Shown here in pieces: positions 26,948 through 39,537 of a stretch of 64,000 nucleotides of DNA. Location: assembly GCF_006345805.1 (NCBI RefSeq), contig NC_043023.1, forward strand, positions 14,074,001 to 14,138,000, in the 5' to 3' direction. Source of the stretch: Octopus sinensis (lineage: Eukaryota). The notes beneath the pieces are model-generated. The model saw only the letters and a program-made list of their open reading frames with translations, was not told the origin of the DNA and ran no database searches. Position numbers and translations under genes: made by a program. Numbering within the stretch: the first letter of the stretch is position 1; every line of letters starts with the position of its first letter.

Positions 26948-26950
26948 CCC

Positions 26951-26982
<32 letters not shown>

Positions 26983-26998
26983 GTTGAATTTCTTCACT

Positions 26999-27030
<32 letters not shown>

Positions 27031-27130
27031 CGCGTCTGTGCGGCTAGGCCGGCTACATGATGCTCTGTTTTAATTACTGTCGGATTCCCCTGGTCCGTAC
27101 CAGTTCCGAGTCAACCGTTCACCACCGGCC
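26951..27130 (-). pseudogene. 28S rRNA fragment
   Basis: Same 28S segment. Confidence 0.95.
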
Positions 27131-27751
27131 TAACGCCTGCCTGTCTACGCTGTCAAATGCTTTTTCAAAGTCAACAAAGCACACACATTGTGACGTTTGC
27201 CATTCCATTGTCTGCTCCACGATGACTCTGAGTGTCACAATCTTATCCGTGCATGATCTCTCCTTTCCGAGACCTGCCTGATCATCTCTGAGTAACTTGT
27301 CAATGGTATCTTTCAATTGCTCCAGGATGATTCTTGTAAGGACTTTGCTTGGAATGGAAAGCAAGTTAATTCCTCTCCATTTCCACTTTGTGATGAAATC
27401 CCCACGCTTCAGCAGCTTCACCAAAAGACCCTTCTTCCAGTCGTTTGGGATCTTCTCTGTCCTCCGTACCAAGTTCAGCACATGGAGCATGTAATTCGTT
27501 TTGAATGTTGGTATTCACAAGAGAAATACTTTCCCTGCGTGCTTCACCCATTTTCCAATCTCTCTTGTTTTATAATGTTTTGTTTTGAAGTTTTTCATCA
27601 CAAAAATTGCTGCTTTCAAAGAGATTTCTTTGATACCAATTCTGACATTGGTATCTCGATTTTTGTTATCAATATTTTTGCACTCAAATTGTTTCTGAAG
27701 ATGTGAAAGGATCTTCTTTGACCAGTTCATCTCTTCATTTCATGCTGCTGT
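27131..27751 (-). mobile_element. RTE-type RT fragment
   Basis: ORF 27119..27490. Confidence 0.85.
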
Positions 27752-28754
27752 CTAAATATAAATACAAATTTGACTGTGCAGAACTACCTTTGTGTGTCTG
27801 CTGCCCTCCATTCTCACATATGTCCTACTCGGTGCAAGAATAAGGTAGTGAGGGCCTGCATATTGTCTGTGCCAATGTGGTTCTTATTGTGTATTTAAAT
27901 CTGTCGTGAATTCTGATTTATCAGATATTTCTTAAGCAACACAGCTTGTACAATTCCCAATATTCTCTCCATCAATGGGTACCCTGCATCTAATCTAGAT
28001 GGATTTAAACCAATAAAACATGGCACAGCTGGAGCAGATTCATGAATCAGAAGTTACTACAGAAGTTTAAATTTCACTTTTGCAACACCAGTTGTACTGA
28101 AACAAGGAGGAATTGTACGTTTCCTCTTTTGGTATTGCAGTTTATCTGTTCTGAATTCTTCTATTGAGCATATCGGATCTTTACTAAGAGAGAGAAAAAC
28201 ATGTGAAGCAGAAAGTTGGTTCTGTTCTGATGTTTTTCATTAGAGCCATTGCATTTCATTCCACTATTGCAAAACAGTTTTTACCATTTCCTTCATGTCG
28301 TAGAAATCAAGGAGTGTCCAGCATTAAAAATTCAAGGAATGAGATGCAGAAAAGCCACAGTCAGTCCATTGTATTTCATAGCGTCCTCAGAAAATCCCTC
28401 CCTTCTCAGATATGTCCCACTCGGTGCAAGAATAAGGTAGTGAGGGCCTGCATATTGTCTGTGCCAATGTGGTTCTTATTGTGTGTTTACATCTGTTGTG
28501 ACTTCTGATTGGCCAGATATTACTTTAGCAACACAGTTTGTACAAATCCCAATATTCTGTGAATCAACGGGTACCCAGCATCGATGAGACGTACCCTAGA
28601 TGGATATAAACCCTTAAAACATGGCACAGAGGGTGCAGATTGATGAATCAAAAGTCACTACAGAAGTTCAGATTTTACCCTTCTGTGACTTGCTGCCTCA
28701 TACCATGTGTGGGCCCTGATACTGGAAACACTCTCCTGCGAATGGTTGCAGAAG

Positions 28755-29851
28755 TTCCTTGTTTGACTCCTCTCCACTTTTCGTTGTGGCAGTTGCTGCT
28801 ACTGGCGTCATCCAGCAACACGAATCTAGCACACGAGCCCAAGACATAATGTCTACCATCGCCATAGAGTTAATGTTCGGCAGCTTTTGCAACTCGACCG
28901 ACATGTGGTCAGCAAAGCCATTCACAAACGCTAACTTAACCATTCAGTCCAGTGATTCTCCCTCATATCCCGCCAGTTTAGCCAATCTCGTGAGTTCATT
29001 CGCAAATACATCAACCTGTTCGCCAGTCGACTTTGCTTTCCCCAGGCGAGCATCCACTTCAAACATTCCTTCTGCAAAGGCCTCCATCAAACAGATTTCT
29101 ATCAATTCCACGCTAAAGCAGCGAGCTGGCAGAAACAGTAGAACGCCGGGCGAAATGCTTAGTGGTATATCGTCCGTCTTTACGTTCTGAGTTCAAATTC
29201 CACAGAGATCGATTTTGCCTTTCATCATTTCGGGGTCGTTTAAATAAGTACCAGTTACACACTGGGGTCGATATAATTGACTTAATCCGTTTGTCTGTCC
29301 TTGTTTCTCCTCTCTGTGTTTAGCCCCTCGTGGGTAGTAAAGAAATAGCTAAGTTGTTCCCTCTCTTCCATTTCTCAGTATAGCGCCAATGCCAAACTAT
29401 CTAGGTACATCGGTATAAAACTCGCTAAGTCATTTATATTTTGGTGTTTCGCAACGAACTTCATCTTTTTCAACCAAGCAACTACATCTGTGTCACTGAA
29501 AAATCCGGTTTGACCGTATCGTTTGAAATACGGACAACACTCATTCATTTTTCTGGGGATTTTTTTTATGTTATGGGCCGAAATAGCTTGTAGTGTGATT
29601 GAAGAAAAAACAACAGAAATAGAAGGGAAAAGGAAATACAGAGACCTTACCTGTTGACCGAGGCGGGATGAGCGATCACTGTCAAGAAATAAACACGTCC
29701 TTCCACACTTGCCATCTCTCATCAAACTGCCCCACGTGCTTTCTGCCTACGCATGCCCCTGGTGGCCCTTCTGTTGGCCTCTGCAGTCTTCTGTTTACCT
29801 CATCTTCATTCCTCTCCACCAACACCACATAGCCCATCACATCCCACAACA
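28755..29851 (-). mobile_element. Ty3/gypsy LTR (29569-29851) plus gag remnant with SINE (29117-29347)
   Basis: Near-identical to 20000-21096. Confidence 0.75.
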
Positions 29852-31010
29852 CCATAAATATAAATTTGACTGTGCAGAACTACCTTTGTGTGTCTGCTGC
29901 CCTCCATTCACAGATATGCCCTACTCGGTGCAAGAATAAGGTAGTGAGGGCCTGCATATTGTCTGTTCCAATGTGGGTCTTATTGTGTATTTAAATCTGT
30001 TGTGAATTCTGATTTATCAGATATTTATTAAGCAACACAGCTTGTACAATTCCCAATATTCTCTCCATCAATGGGTACCCTGCATCTAACCTAGATGGAT
30101 TTAAACCAATAAAACATGGCACAGCTGGAGCAGATTGATGAATCAGAAGTTACTAGAGAAGTTTAAATTTCACTTTTGCCACACCAGTTGTACAATTCCT
30201 CCTCGTTTCAGTACATTTCCTCTTTTGGCATTGCAGTTTTTCTGTTCTGAATTCTTCTATTGAGCATATCGGATCTTTACTAAGAGAGAGAGAAACATGT
30301 GAAGCAGAAAGTTGGTTCTGTTCTGACGTTTTTCATTAGAGCCATTGCAGTAGTCCATGCTGTTTTTTGGATGGTGATTCAGATATTTGCTTTCTTGACG
30401 GAAACAGTCCAGTTGCTTCCTTTCGATTTTGGAGAATACATGGGGTCTTCTTTGACCAATTTGTTGTCCCTTTGTTTCATTGTGCAATCCGTGTATAGAA
30501 AGTAAATTTAGACATAGAAATCTACTTTTCTGCTTCTGTTACCCTACATTATGGGAGAATGTGCTACCCATCACAACAGTGTTCAGGTAATGTGGGCCTT
30601 TGTGCTAACTTTATCATTGTGGTGTAGTTAGAATTTCTGTTGTGGTTTCAGATACATCGAATTCCACTTTTGCAAAACAATTTTTTGCTTTCTTAATGGA
30701 ACCAGTCCTGCTGCCCGTTTTGGATTTTGGAAAATGCATGGATATTCCATTGATCAATTAGTTGTCCCTTTGTTTCATCGGGCCATGTTTATATATATAG
30801 AAAGGAAATTTGGACCTACAAATCAACATTTCTGCTTCTGTTTTCCTTCATTATATGAGAATGTGCTACCCATCATAACTGTGATCAGATAATGTGGGCC
30901 TTTGTGTTAACTTTGCTTTTATGGTGTTGTTTGAACTTCTTGTAGTCGTCTCTGAAACGTCGGTTTCCCCTATTGGAAAACAATTTCTAGCATTTGCTTC
31001 CTAGATGGAA

Positions 31011-34000
31011 ATTTTAGGTACAAATTAAAGCTGTCCGGCTGAGAAGTCATCGAAATGACTTATCTTTTATGCCCAAGGCATCTAGTGCTAGACTCGCAGG
31101 CCGGCACCAGGCACCGATTGGGAGTCCATGCACCTCCACCGGCCAGTCAAACTCCTGCAAAAGCAATTGTTCGAGCGGTCGGTATTTGTGCATTTTCTCG
31201 AGGGCAGCCTCTTTCAAGCTGTCCCCCTGCTCCAATCTGATAGTCACATCGACGACAACCACCTTTTCTGGACGGCTAAAGACCAGGTCAGGTATCAGCC
31301 TAGAGCCGTTTATAATATAAGACGGCTCTACACTAACACTCCAACCATGGTCAACAGACTCCTTCGCCACCAGGTCACATATTTTGTTATGCCTGGTGAG
31401 TCGTGGCAGGAAGCAAAGGCAAACCGAAGGAAGATATAAGTTGCTGGTTCTGTTCGGCTAATCCTGCAGAATCAGCAACCTTTCTAACAGACATATTCTG
31501 ACATCAATAGGCGAAGGTTTCGGCGGGTGACGGACTTTGGTATCAGTCTCATCATTTGGTGAAGACTTAACCCTCCATCCCGCCGGCTGCTATTTAAGAA
31601 GGAAGAGGAAGTAGAGTAGGGGAGATGAAGCATTCTTTTAGCCCCCACGTGGATGGCCGTGTCCAGCCTCTCAAGTATCCCCCTTGACGGCAGCGCCTGC
31701 ACCAAACCATAAAAGAGTCTAGGTAGATAGTACCGTTGAAGCAAGAGGAATTTTTGTCGGGGTTTCAGCGGAGCCCTGCACATTTTATCAATGTCCAGTA
31801 ACACCTGCTCCACTGAGTTTGTCAAACTCCCGACTTGAGATTAAAGTCCACGTCGGGATGCTTACACCTAAATATAAAACCTTATCCCCCGGTTCTACCT
31901 TTTTAATAGTGACACCATCAATCTTCGGCGGGGTGTTAACGTTGACGAGGTAGGACTTGCCCCAGCCGTGAATGGAGAACTATGCACACTTACTGACATT
32001 AAGCCCCAGTCCAACCACGCAAATCCCCACAGCTGGATAACAAATCTAGCAGTGGGTCAGTTGCAATGTTAAAGAGGATCGGCGAGAGCGCGTCCCCCTG
32101 TCTAACACACAGACGAATTTCAATAGGTTCACTATGTTGCCCATCGACTGAGAATCTGGTAGTGCTACCTTCATAGAATCTGGTAGTGCTACCTTCGAGC
32201 GCTATTACGTGTTCGTGGAACCCAAGTCTCTGCAGTCCTGCATACACTAAAGAGTGCGAGACCGTGTTGAAGGCCTTTGAGAGATCCAAGAAGGCAACCT
32301 CCAGCCGCATTATTCTCAGTCGTGCTGGCCTCCCCATAGCGCGACTAACAAGCTGCTGAAGGAGAAACGAATTCTCACTGCAGCCGTCAGCACGGATAAA
32401 GCCTCTTTGGCTTGGATTAAGAGGAATTACCTGAAGCATGCGTTTGGCGACTATTTTTGAAAATAAAAGATAAACCGCAGAGCATATCGTTATTGGTCGC
32501 CAGTTCGCAAGATCGTATGGGTCGTCCGATCTCTTGGGTATGAGAATCGACTTCCCCCGCTTCAGGATATCGGGTACCTTACCCGCCAGCAACATGCAGT
32601 TGCATATATTAGTTAGAACAGCTGGGTCCATCGCTTTAATTTCACCTATAGTGATACCGTCTGGACCCGCCGCTGAGATGTTCATCTGACGCCTACTTAC
32701 CTTAATCTCCTTCACGGAGAACGGACCCCAGATGGAGTCGTTCTCAACCTGGGAGGAGGAGGGGTAGTTCTTCAGATCAACCTCAGGGCCTGGAGCAGAA
32801 AGCCTGCCCTTATAAAATTCCTCTATTGAATAGATTGGAATAGGGCATTCCCGCTCCCTGTTTTCACCTAACACAACTGCAAGGAGCTTCTTCCTATTCT
32901 TTCTAAATAAATCTTGATGTCGGGCATAAGCTTGATGCTTATCCCGACGCCTAGGCCTAATGTTACTCTTGTTCGGTGTGTTCCTATCGCTAGCTAAATT
33001 TCTCCTGTTGTTGGTAACTACCCTACGCGATTTATACTGCTCCACCCAGTCCTCTATAGTTTTCTCAAATGAGCCCCAAGCAATCGCTGTCCTGTCTTCC
33101 ACGAGTTCCAAAAGGGCCTCGGAGAAGACTGCAGACCAATGGGTATGCCCGGGGCATGCAGAATCGAGGAAGGGATCCCTCCAATCAGAGCTAGACTGGG
33201 GTTCTCCCCCGATTTGTGATTGGGAGTTGGTCATGGACTGTTCTGACCCTTCATGACTCTTGCGAGCCCTTTTGGCCAGTTCAGCCCTTTTCGATCCCAC
33301 CTGTTTGGCTGTTTTTCCCGGTAGGAATCGTGCAATGGCAGCATTGATCTGCTTTACCCCTGTCATCTTCAGCTCAGACTCCTTTTCAACGAGGACCGCT
33401 ACTTCCTCGTCGGACCAACAGCCCCTGCGTCTTTGGCCTATTGCCTCTGCAGCGGCTGCCCGATCGGCACGTTTCTTCGTAATTTGCTCTAGGCGAGCAG
33501 CAATCCTGCGGGCATTTGCCACTACAGGATGCTTATGCCGAACGTGCTGTGATCGACCTATAGCCATCAAAAATGAACGGCTGCAGTGGTCACAATCAAA
33601 GGAGGCTAGAGCTGGACTAGGGGCAGGCGCTCTAAATGCACTGCCATCGCATTTACCAGCGTGACACCTCATTAAGTGGAGGTGACCGCTTTCCCTATCA
33701 CATTTGATGCATCTGTAGACAGGTCTAATACCATGTCTACAGATAACATGCCCCCCCCCCTATTCATGGGGGGAGGAGAAGCGCAGAGGACATAGCGGAC
33801 AGGCTATGGAGCATGACGCGCAGGGAATTGTAAGTGAGAATTCTCTACCACCTGGAGTGGGGCTTGATACCCCCACTTCCTCCTCTCGATCCATTTCTAA
33901 ATTAAGAGAATGAATGGGGAGGTCCCTAGCAACCCTATCTCAGTCCGTCTCTAACGAAAACCGGACTTCATCGATGGGGTCATGTGCTAGGTCCAGTGGG

Positions 34001-35481
34001 AGTTGTTCTCCTCTCACTATCAGGGAATGGTCATTATATTCTAATCTAAATATATTTTTTCTATTTCTATAATACTTCAGTGTCGGACGCAAATTTAAGC
34101 GCCCGACACTGGTCCTATCGATGCCTATTGAGCCACTTGGACTTACTTGCACCGGAGATGACTCGTTGTCCCGTGCAAGGGAGGGTAGTCCTTCGGCCGA
34201 CCGCATTTGGTTAATGCCGTCAGCCTGACGTGCGGGTCCCATCCCGGACCCACAGGCCACCAGTTTAACGGCGCCTGGCTGCCGTGTGTTCCTAAACTTA
34301 TTAGTTAACATCACTATTCTTAGCGGCATTTTACTAAGTATCCTAGCCGAAACGATAAAGTTGAACTTAAAGGAGGTGCAATGCCAACCCCCCAAAGAAA
34401 GGCAAACTAAACCACTAACCTAGCCTCAAAATCCTAACGGCCGCCCACCCGAGTATGGAGACAGACAACAAGCAGCCCCCCCCCGAGAACTATTACCCCC
34501 AGAAAGCACCTGGGGGACTTGTCTAGTCTAACCAGGACCGTGAGTGTATCCACCCCAGACCTGGAGCGGTGAACAAGAACAAGCCACCCTATGATAAGTC
34601 CTACGATAGATCCTATTACGGAAACCTCAACTGGCGAGTGAGGCGATAAAACACACTCAAGGCAAATATAGAAGATACGGCTAAATTCTACCCGTCACAA
34701 CCACCGGCTAGACCATTAATATCAAAAGGGCGCCCATCCCTATGGTAACCGCCCCCATAATGGAGGCAAGAGAAAGGGCCTTCACTCTACACTGTTACAA
34801 GACAACTGCCCGACTGTAAGAGCCGGACAGTCCCCCATCTACAGCCCGTGAAGGGCTCTATTCCTTAACACCGCAGCTGGGTACCTAGCTCACAGGCCCC
34901 TCCACACCAGTACAGGAAAAACCGGCGATCCACACCGATGAACCAACCGGAACCCCCGGCCTCTATACGCCTAAGATTACAATTCATTGGCTCTAAAATA
35001 AAGCCACGACCTTTACTTTCTTGTCCCCGAAGGGAGAACCGCCCACTAACCGACTCACACCAACAGTAGCGCTAACCGGGTCACTAAAGACCAAAGGGAT
35101 TCTAAGGGTTCGGCCAGCAGCCGCTCAACCTAACCAGTAGGGAAGCATGCACCCCCTATCAGAATCGCCCAAAATCCACTAGCTCCCCACCAAAATAAAT
35201 TGGAACCGCTTTGGAGAAAGAAAGACACGTTTAGTTTCTCCGATACGGGGTTTTTATCCGGCATTGCGTAAAGCATATCCGGCATTGACCCCGCATGGAC
35301 GTAAGTTCTCTTACCACGCCAAGGTAGTGTCCAAAAGGGTGAAGCCTGGCAGTGCATCCACCTGCCGAGTAAAAGACAGTGAACAAAGCCCATTGAATCC
35401 CGACAGGTCATAACATACCAGACCTACCTGTTAAAGCATCCACCTCAAAAGAGGTCATAAGAAACAGGCCCCACAAGAGCC
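31011..35481 (-). mobile_element. R2 copy 5: full 5' UTR without repeat expansions, through the endonuclease
   Basis: Junction GTAACTATGA|GGCTCTTGTGGGGCC; contains the longest ORF in the window. Confidence 0.95.
31999..33672 (-). pseudogene. Longest R2 ORF remnant (557 aa): zinc finger I, Myb, RT domains 0-4; lacks YADD
   Basis: CDHCSRSF...QHVRHKH; WSDEEV...PGKTAKQV; AGPDGI; WRPITICS; QRGF..DGC; FLDLSKAF; RQGDALSPILFN; then a frameshifting deletion. Confidence 0.9.
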
Positions 35482-35513
<32 letters not shown>

Positions 35514-35659
35514 GTTGAATTTCTTCACTTTGACATTCAGAGCACAGGGCAGAAATCACATCGCGTCTGTGCGGCTTGGCTGGCTACGCGATGCTGTTTT
35601 AATTACTGTCGGATTCCCCCGATCCGTACAGGTTCCGAGTCGACCGTTCACCGCCGGCC
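35482..35659 (-). pseudogene. 28S rRNA fragment
   Basis: Same 28S segment. Confidence 0.95.
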
Positions 35660-36278
35660 TAACGCCTGCCTGTCTACGCTGTCAAATGCTTTTTCAAAGT
35701 CAACAAAGCACACACATTGTGACGCTTGCCATTCCATTGTCTGCTCCACGATGACTCTGAGTGTCACAATCTTATCCGTGCATGATCTCTCCTTTCCGAG
35801 ACCTGCCTGATCATCTCTGAGTGACTTGTCAATGGTATCTTTCAATTGCTCCAGGATGATTCTTGTAAGGACTTTGCTTGGAATGGAAAGCAAGGTAATT
35901 CCTCTTCATTTCCACTTTGTGATAAAATCCCCACTCTTCGGCAGCTTCCCCAAAAGACCCTTCTTCCAGTCGTTTGGGATCTTCTGTCCTCCGTACCAAG
36001 TTCAGCACATGGAGCATGTAATTCGTTTTGAATGTTGGTATTCACAAGAGAAATACTTTCCCTGCGTGCTTCACCCATTTTCCAATCTCTCTTGTTTTAT
36101 ATTGTTTTGTTTTGAAGTCTTTCATTGCAACAATTGCTGCTTTCAAAGAGATTTCTTTGATACCAATTCTGACATTGGTATCTGGATTTTTGTTATCAAT
36201 ACTTTTGCACTCAAATTGTTTCTGAAGATGAGAAAGGATCTTCTTTGACCAGTTCATCTCTTCATTTCATGCTGCTGT
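35660..36278 (-). mobile_element. RTE-type RT fragment
   Basis: ORF 35648..35893. Confidence 0.85.
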
Positions 36279-37281
36279 CTAAATATAAATACAAATTTGA
36301 CTGTGCAGAACTACCTTTGTGTGTCTGCTGCCCTCCATTCTCACATATGTCCTACTCGGTGCAAGAATAAGGTAGTGAGGGCCTGCATATTGTCTGTGCC
36401 AATGTGGTTCTTATTGTGTATTTAAATCTGTCGTGAATTCTGATTTATCAGATATTTCTTAAGCAACACAGCTTGTACAATTCCCAATATTCTCTCCATC
36501 AATGGGTACCCTGCATCTAATCTAGATGGATTTAAACCAATAAAACATGGCACAGCTGGAGCAGATTCATGAATCAGAAGTTACTACAGAAGTTTAAATT
36601 TCACTTTTGCGATACCAGTTGTACTGAAACAAGGAGGAATTGTACGTTTCCTCTTTTGGTATTGCAGTTTATCTGTTCTGAATTCTTCTATTGAGCATAT
36701 CGGATCTTTACTAAGAGAGAGAAAAACATGTGAAGCAGAAAGTTGGTTCTGTTCTGATGTTTTTCATTAGAGCCATTGCATTTGATTCCCCAATTGCAAA
36801 ACAGTTTTTACCATTTCCTTCATGTCGTAGAAATCAAGGAGTGTCCAGCATTAAAAATTCAAGGAATGAGATGCAGAAAAGCCACAGTCAGTCCATTGTA
36901 TTTCATAGCATCCTCAGAAAATCCCTCCATTCTCAGATATGTCCTACTCGGTGCAAGAATAAGGTAGTGAGGGCCTGCATATTGTCTGTGCCAATGTGGT
37001 TCTTATTGTGTGTTTACATCTGTTGTGACTTCTGATTGGCCAGATATTACTTTAGCAACACAGTTTGTACAAATCCCAATATTCTGTGAATCAACGGGTA
37101 CCCAGCATCGATGAGACGTACCCTAGATGGATATAAACCCTTAAAACATGGCACAGAGGGTGCAGATTGATGAATCAAAAGTCACTACAGAAGTTCAGAT
37201 TTTACCCTTCTGTGACTTGCTGCCTCGTACCATGTGTGGGCCCTGATACTGGAAACACTCTCCTGCGAATGGTTGCAGAAG

Positions 37282-38378
37282 TTCCTTGTTTGACTCCTCT
37301 CCACTTTTCGTTGTGGCAGTTGCTGCTACTGGCGTCATCCAGCAACACGAATCTAGCACACGAGCCCAAGACATAATGTCTACCATCGCCATAGAGTTAA
37401 TGTTCGGCAGCTTTTGCAACTCGACCGACATGTGGTCAGCAAAGCCATTCACAAACGCTAACTTAACCATTCAGTCCAGTGATTCTCCCTCATATCCCGC
37501 CAGTTTAGCCAATCTCGTGAGTTCATTCGCAAATACATCAACCTGTTCGCCAGTCGACTTTGCTTTCCCCAGGCAAGCATCCACTTCAAACATTCCTTCT
37601 GCAAAGGCCTCCATCAAACAGATTTCTATCAATTCCACGCTAAAGCAGCGAGCTGGCAGAAACAGTAGAACGCCGGGCGAAATGCTTAGTGGTATATCGT
37701 CCGTCTTTACGTTCTGAGTTCAAATTCCACAGAGATCGATTTTGCCTTTCATCATTTCGGGGTCGTTTAAATAAGTACCAGTTACACACTGGGGTCGATA
37801 TAATTGACTTAATCCGTTTGTCTGTCCTTGTTTCTCCTCTCTGTGTTTAGCCCCTCGTGGGTAGTAAAGAAATAGCTAAGTTGTTCCCTCTCTTCCATTT
37901 CTCAGTATAGCGCCAATGCCAAACTATCTAGGTACATCGGTATAAAACTCGCTAAGTCATTTATATTTTGGTGTTTCGCAACGAACTTCATCTTTTTCAA
38001 CCAAGCAACTACATCTGTGTCACTGAAAAATCCGGTTTGACCGTATCGTTTGAAATACGGACAACACTCATTCATTTTTCTGGGGATTTTTTTTATGTTA
38101 TGGGCCGAAATAGCTTGTAGTGTGATTGAAGAAAAAACAACAGAAATAGAAGGGAAAAGGAAATACAGAGACCTTACCTGTTGACCGAGGCGGGATGAGC
38201 GATCACTGTCAAGAAATAAACACGTCCTTCCACACTTGCCATCTCTCATCAAACTGCCCCACGTGCTTTCTGCCTACGCATGCCCCTGGTGGCCCTTCTG
38301 TTGGCCTCTGCAGTCTTCTGTTTACCTCATCTTCATTCCTCTCCACCAACACCACATAGCCCATCACATCCCACAACA
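37282..38378 (-). mobile_element. Ty3/gypsy LTR (38096-38378) plus gag remnant with SINE (37644-37874)
   Basis: Near-identical to 20000-21096. Confidence 0.75.
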
Positions 38379-39537
38379 CCATAAATATAAATTTGACTGT
38401 GCAGAACTACCTTTGTGTGTCTGCTGCCCTCCATTCACAGATATGCCCTACTCGGTGCAAGAATAAGGTAGTGAGGGCCTGCATATTGTCTGTTCCAATG
38501 TGGGTCTTATTGTGTATTTAAATCTGTTGTGAATTCTGATTTATCAGATATTTATTAAGCAACACAGCTTGTACAATTCCCAATATTCTCTCCATCAATG
38601 GGTACCCTGCATCTAACCTAGATGGATTTAAACCAATAAAACATGGCACAGCTGGAGCAGATTGATGAATCAGAAGTTACTAGAGAAGTTTAAATTTCAC
38701 TTTTGCCACACCAGTTGTACAATTCCTCCTCGTTTCAGTACATTTCCTCTTTTGGCATTGCAGTTTTTCTGTTCTGAATTCTTCTATTGAGCATATCGGA
38801 TCTTTACTAAGAGAGAGAGAAACATGTGAAGCAGAAAGTTGGTTCTGTTCTGACGTTTTTCATTAGAGCCATTGCAGTAGTCCATGCTGTTTTTTGGATG
38901 GTGATTCAGATATTTGCTTTCTTGACGGAAACAGTCCAGTTGCTTCCTTTCGATTTTGGAGAATACATGGGGTCTTCTTTGACCAATTTGTTGTCCCTTT
39001 GTTTCATTGTGCAATCCGTGTATAGAAAGTAAATTTAGACATAGAAATCTACTTTTCTGCTTCTGTTACCCTACATTATGGGAGAATGTGCTACCCATCA
39101 CAACAGTGTTCAGGTAATGTGGGCCTTTGTGCTAACTTTATCATTGTGGTGTAGTTAGAATTTCTGTTGTGGTTTCAGATACATCGAATTCCACTTTTGC
39201 AAAACAATTTTTTGCTTTCTTGATGGAACCAGTCCTGCTGCCCGTTTTGGATTTTGGAAAATGCATGGATATTCCATTGATCAATTAGTTGTCCCTTTGT
39301 TTCATCGGGCCATGTTTATATATATAGAAAGGAAATTTGGACCTACAAATCAACATTTCTGCTTCTGTTTTCCTTCATTATATGAGAATGTGCTACCCAT
39401 CATAACTGTGATCAGATAATGTGGGCCTTTGTGTTAACTTTGCTTTTATGGTGTTGTTTGAACTTCTTGTAGTCGTCTCTGAAACGTCGGTTTCCCCTAT
39501 TGGAAAACAATTTCTAGCATTTGCTTCCTAGATGGAA

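Larger units (their letters stand above)
22256..26950 (-). mobile_element. R2 copy 4: full 5' UTR through the restriction-like endonuclease, with internal deletions
   Basis: ORFs 24562..25323 (zinc fingers), 23244..23978 (RT), 22729..23070 (thumb LKPRQK...GGL) and 22292..22615 (E...PDLV...VVDVTI...EK..KY, preceded by RHN). Confidence 0.95.

Noticed and set aside
31999-33672. Active R2 protein gene
   Set aside because: Frameshift upstream, YADD and CCHC knuckle deleted, endonuclease in a separate broken frame, no 3' UTR.
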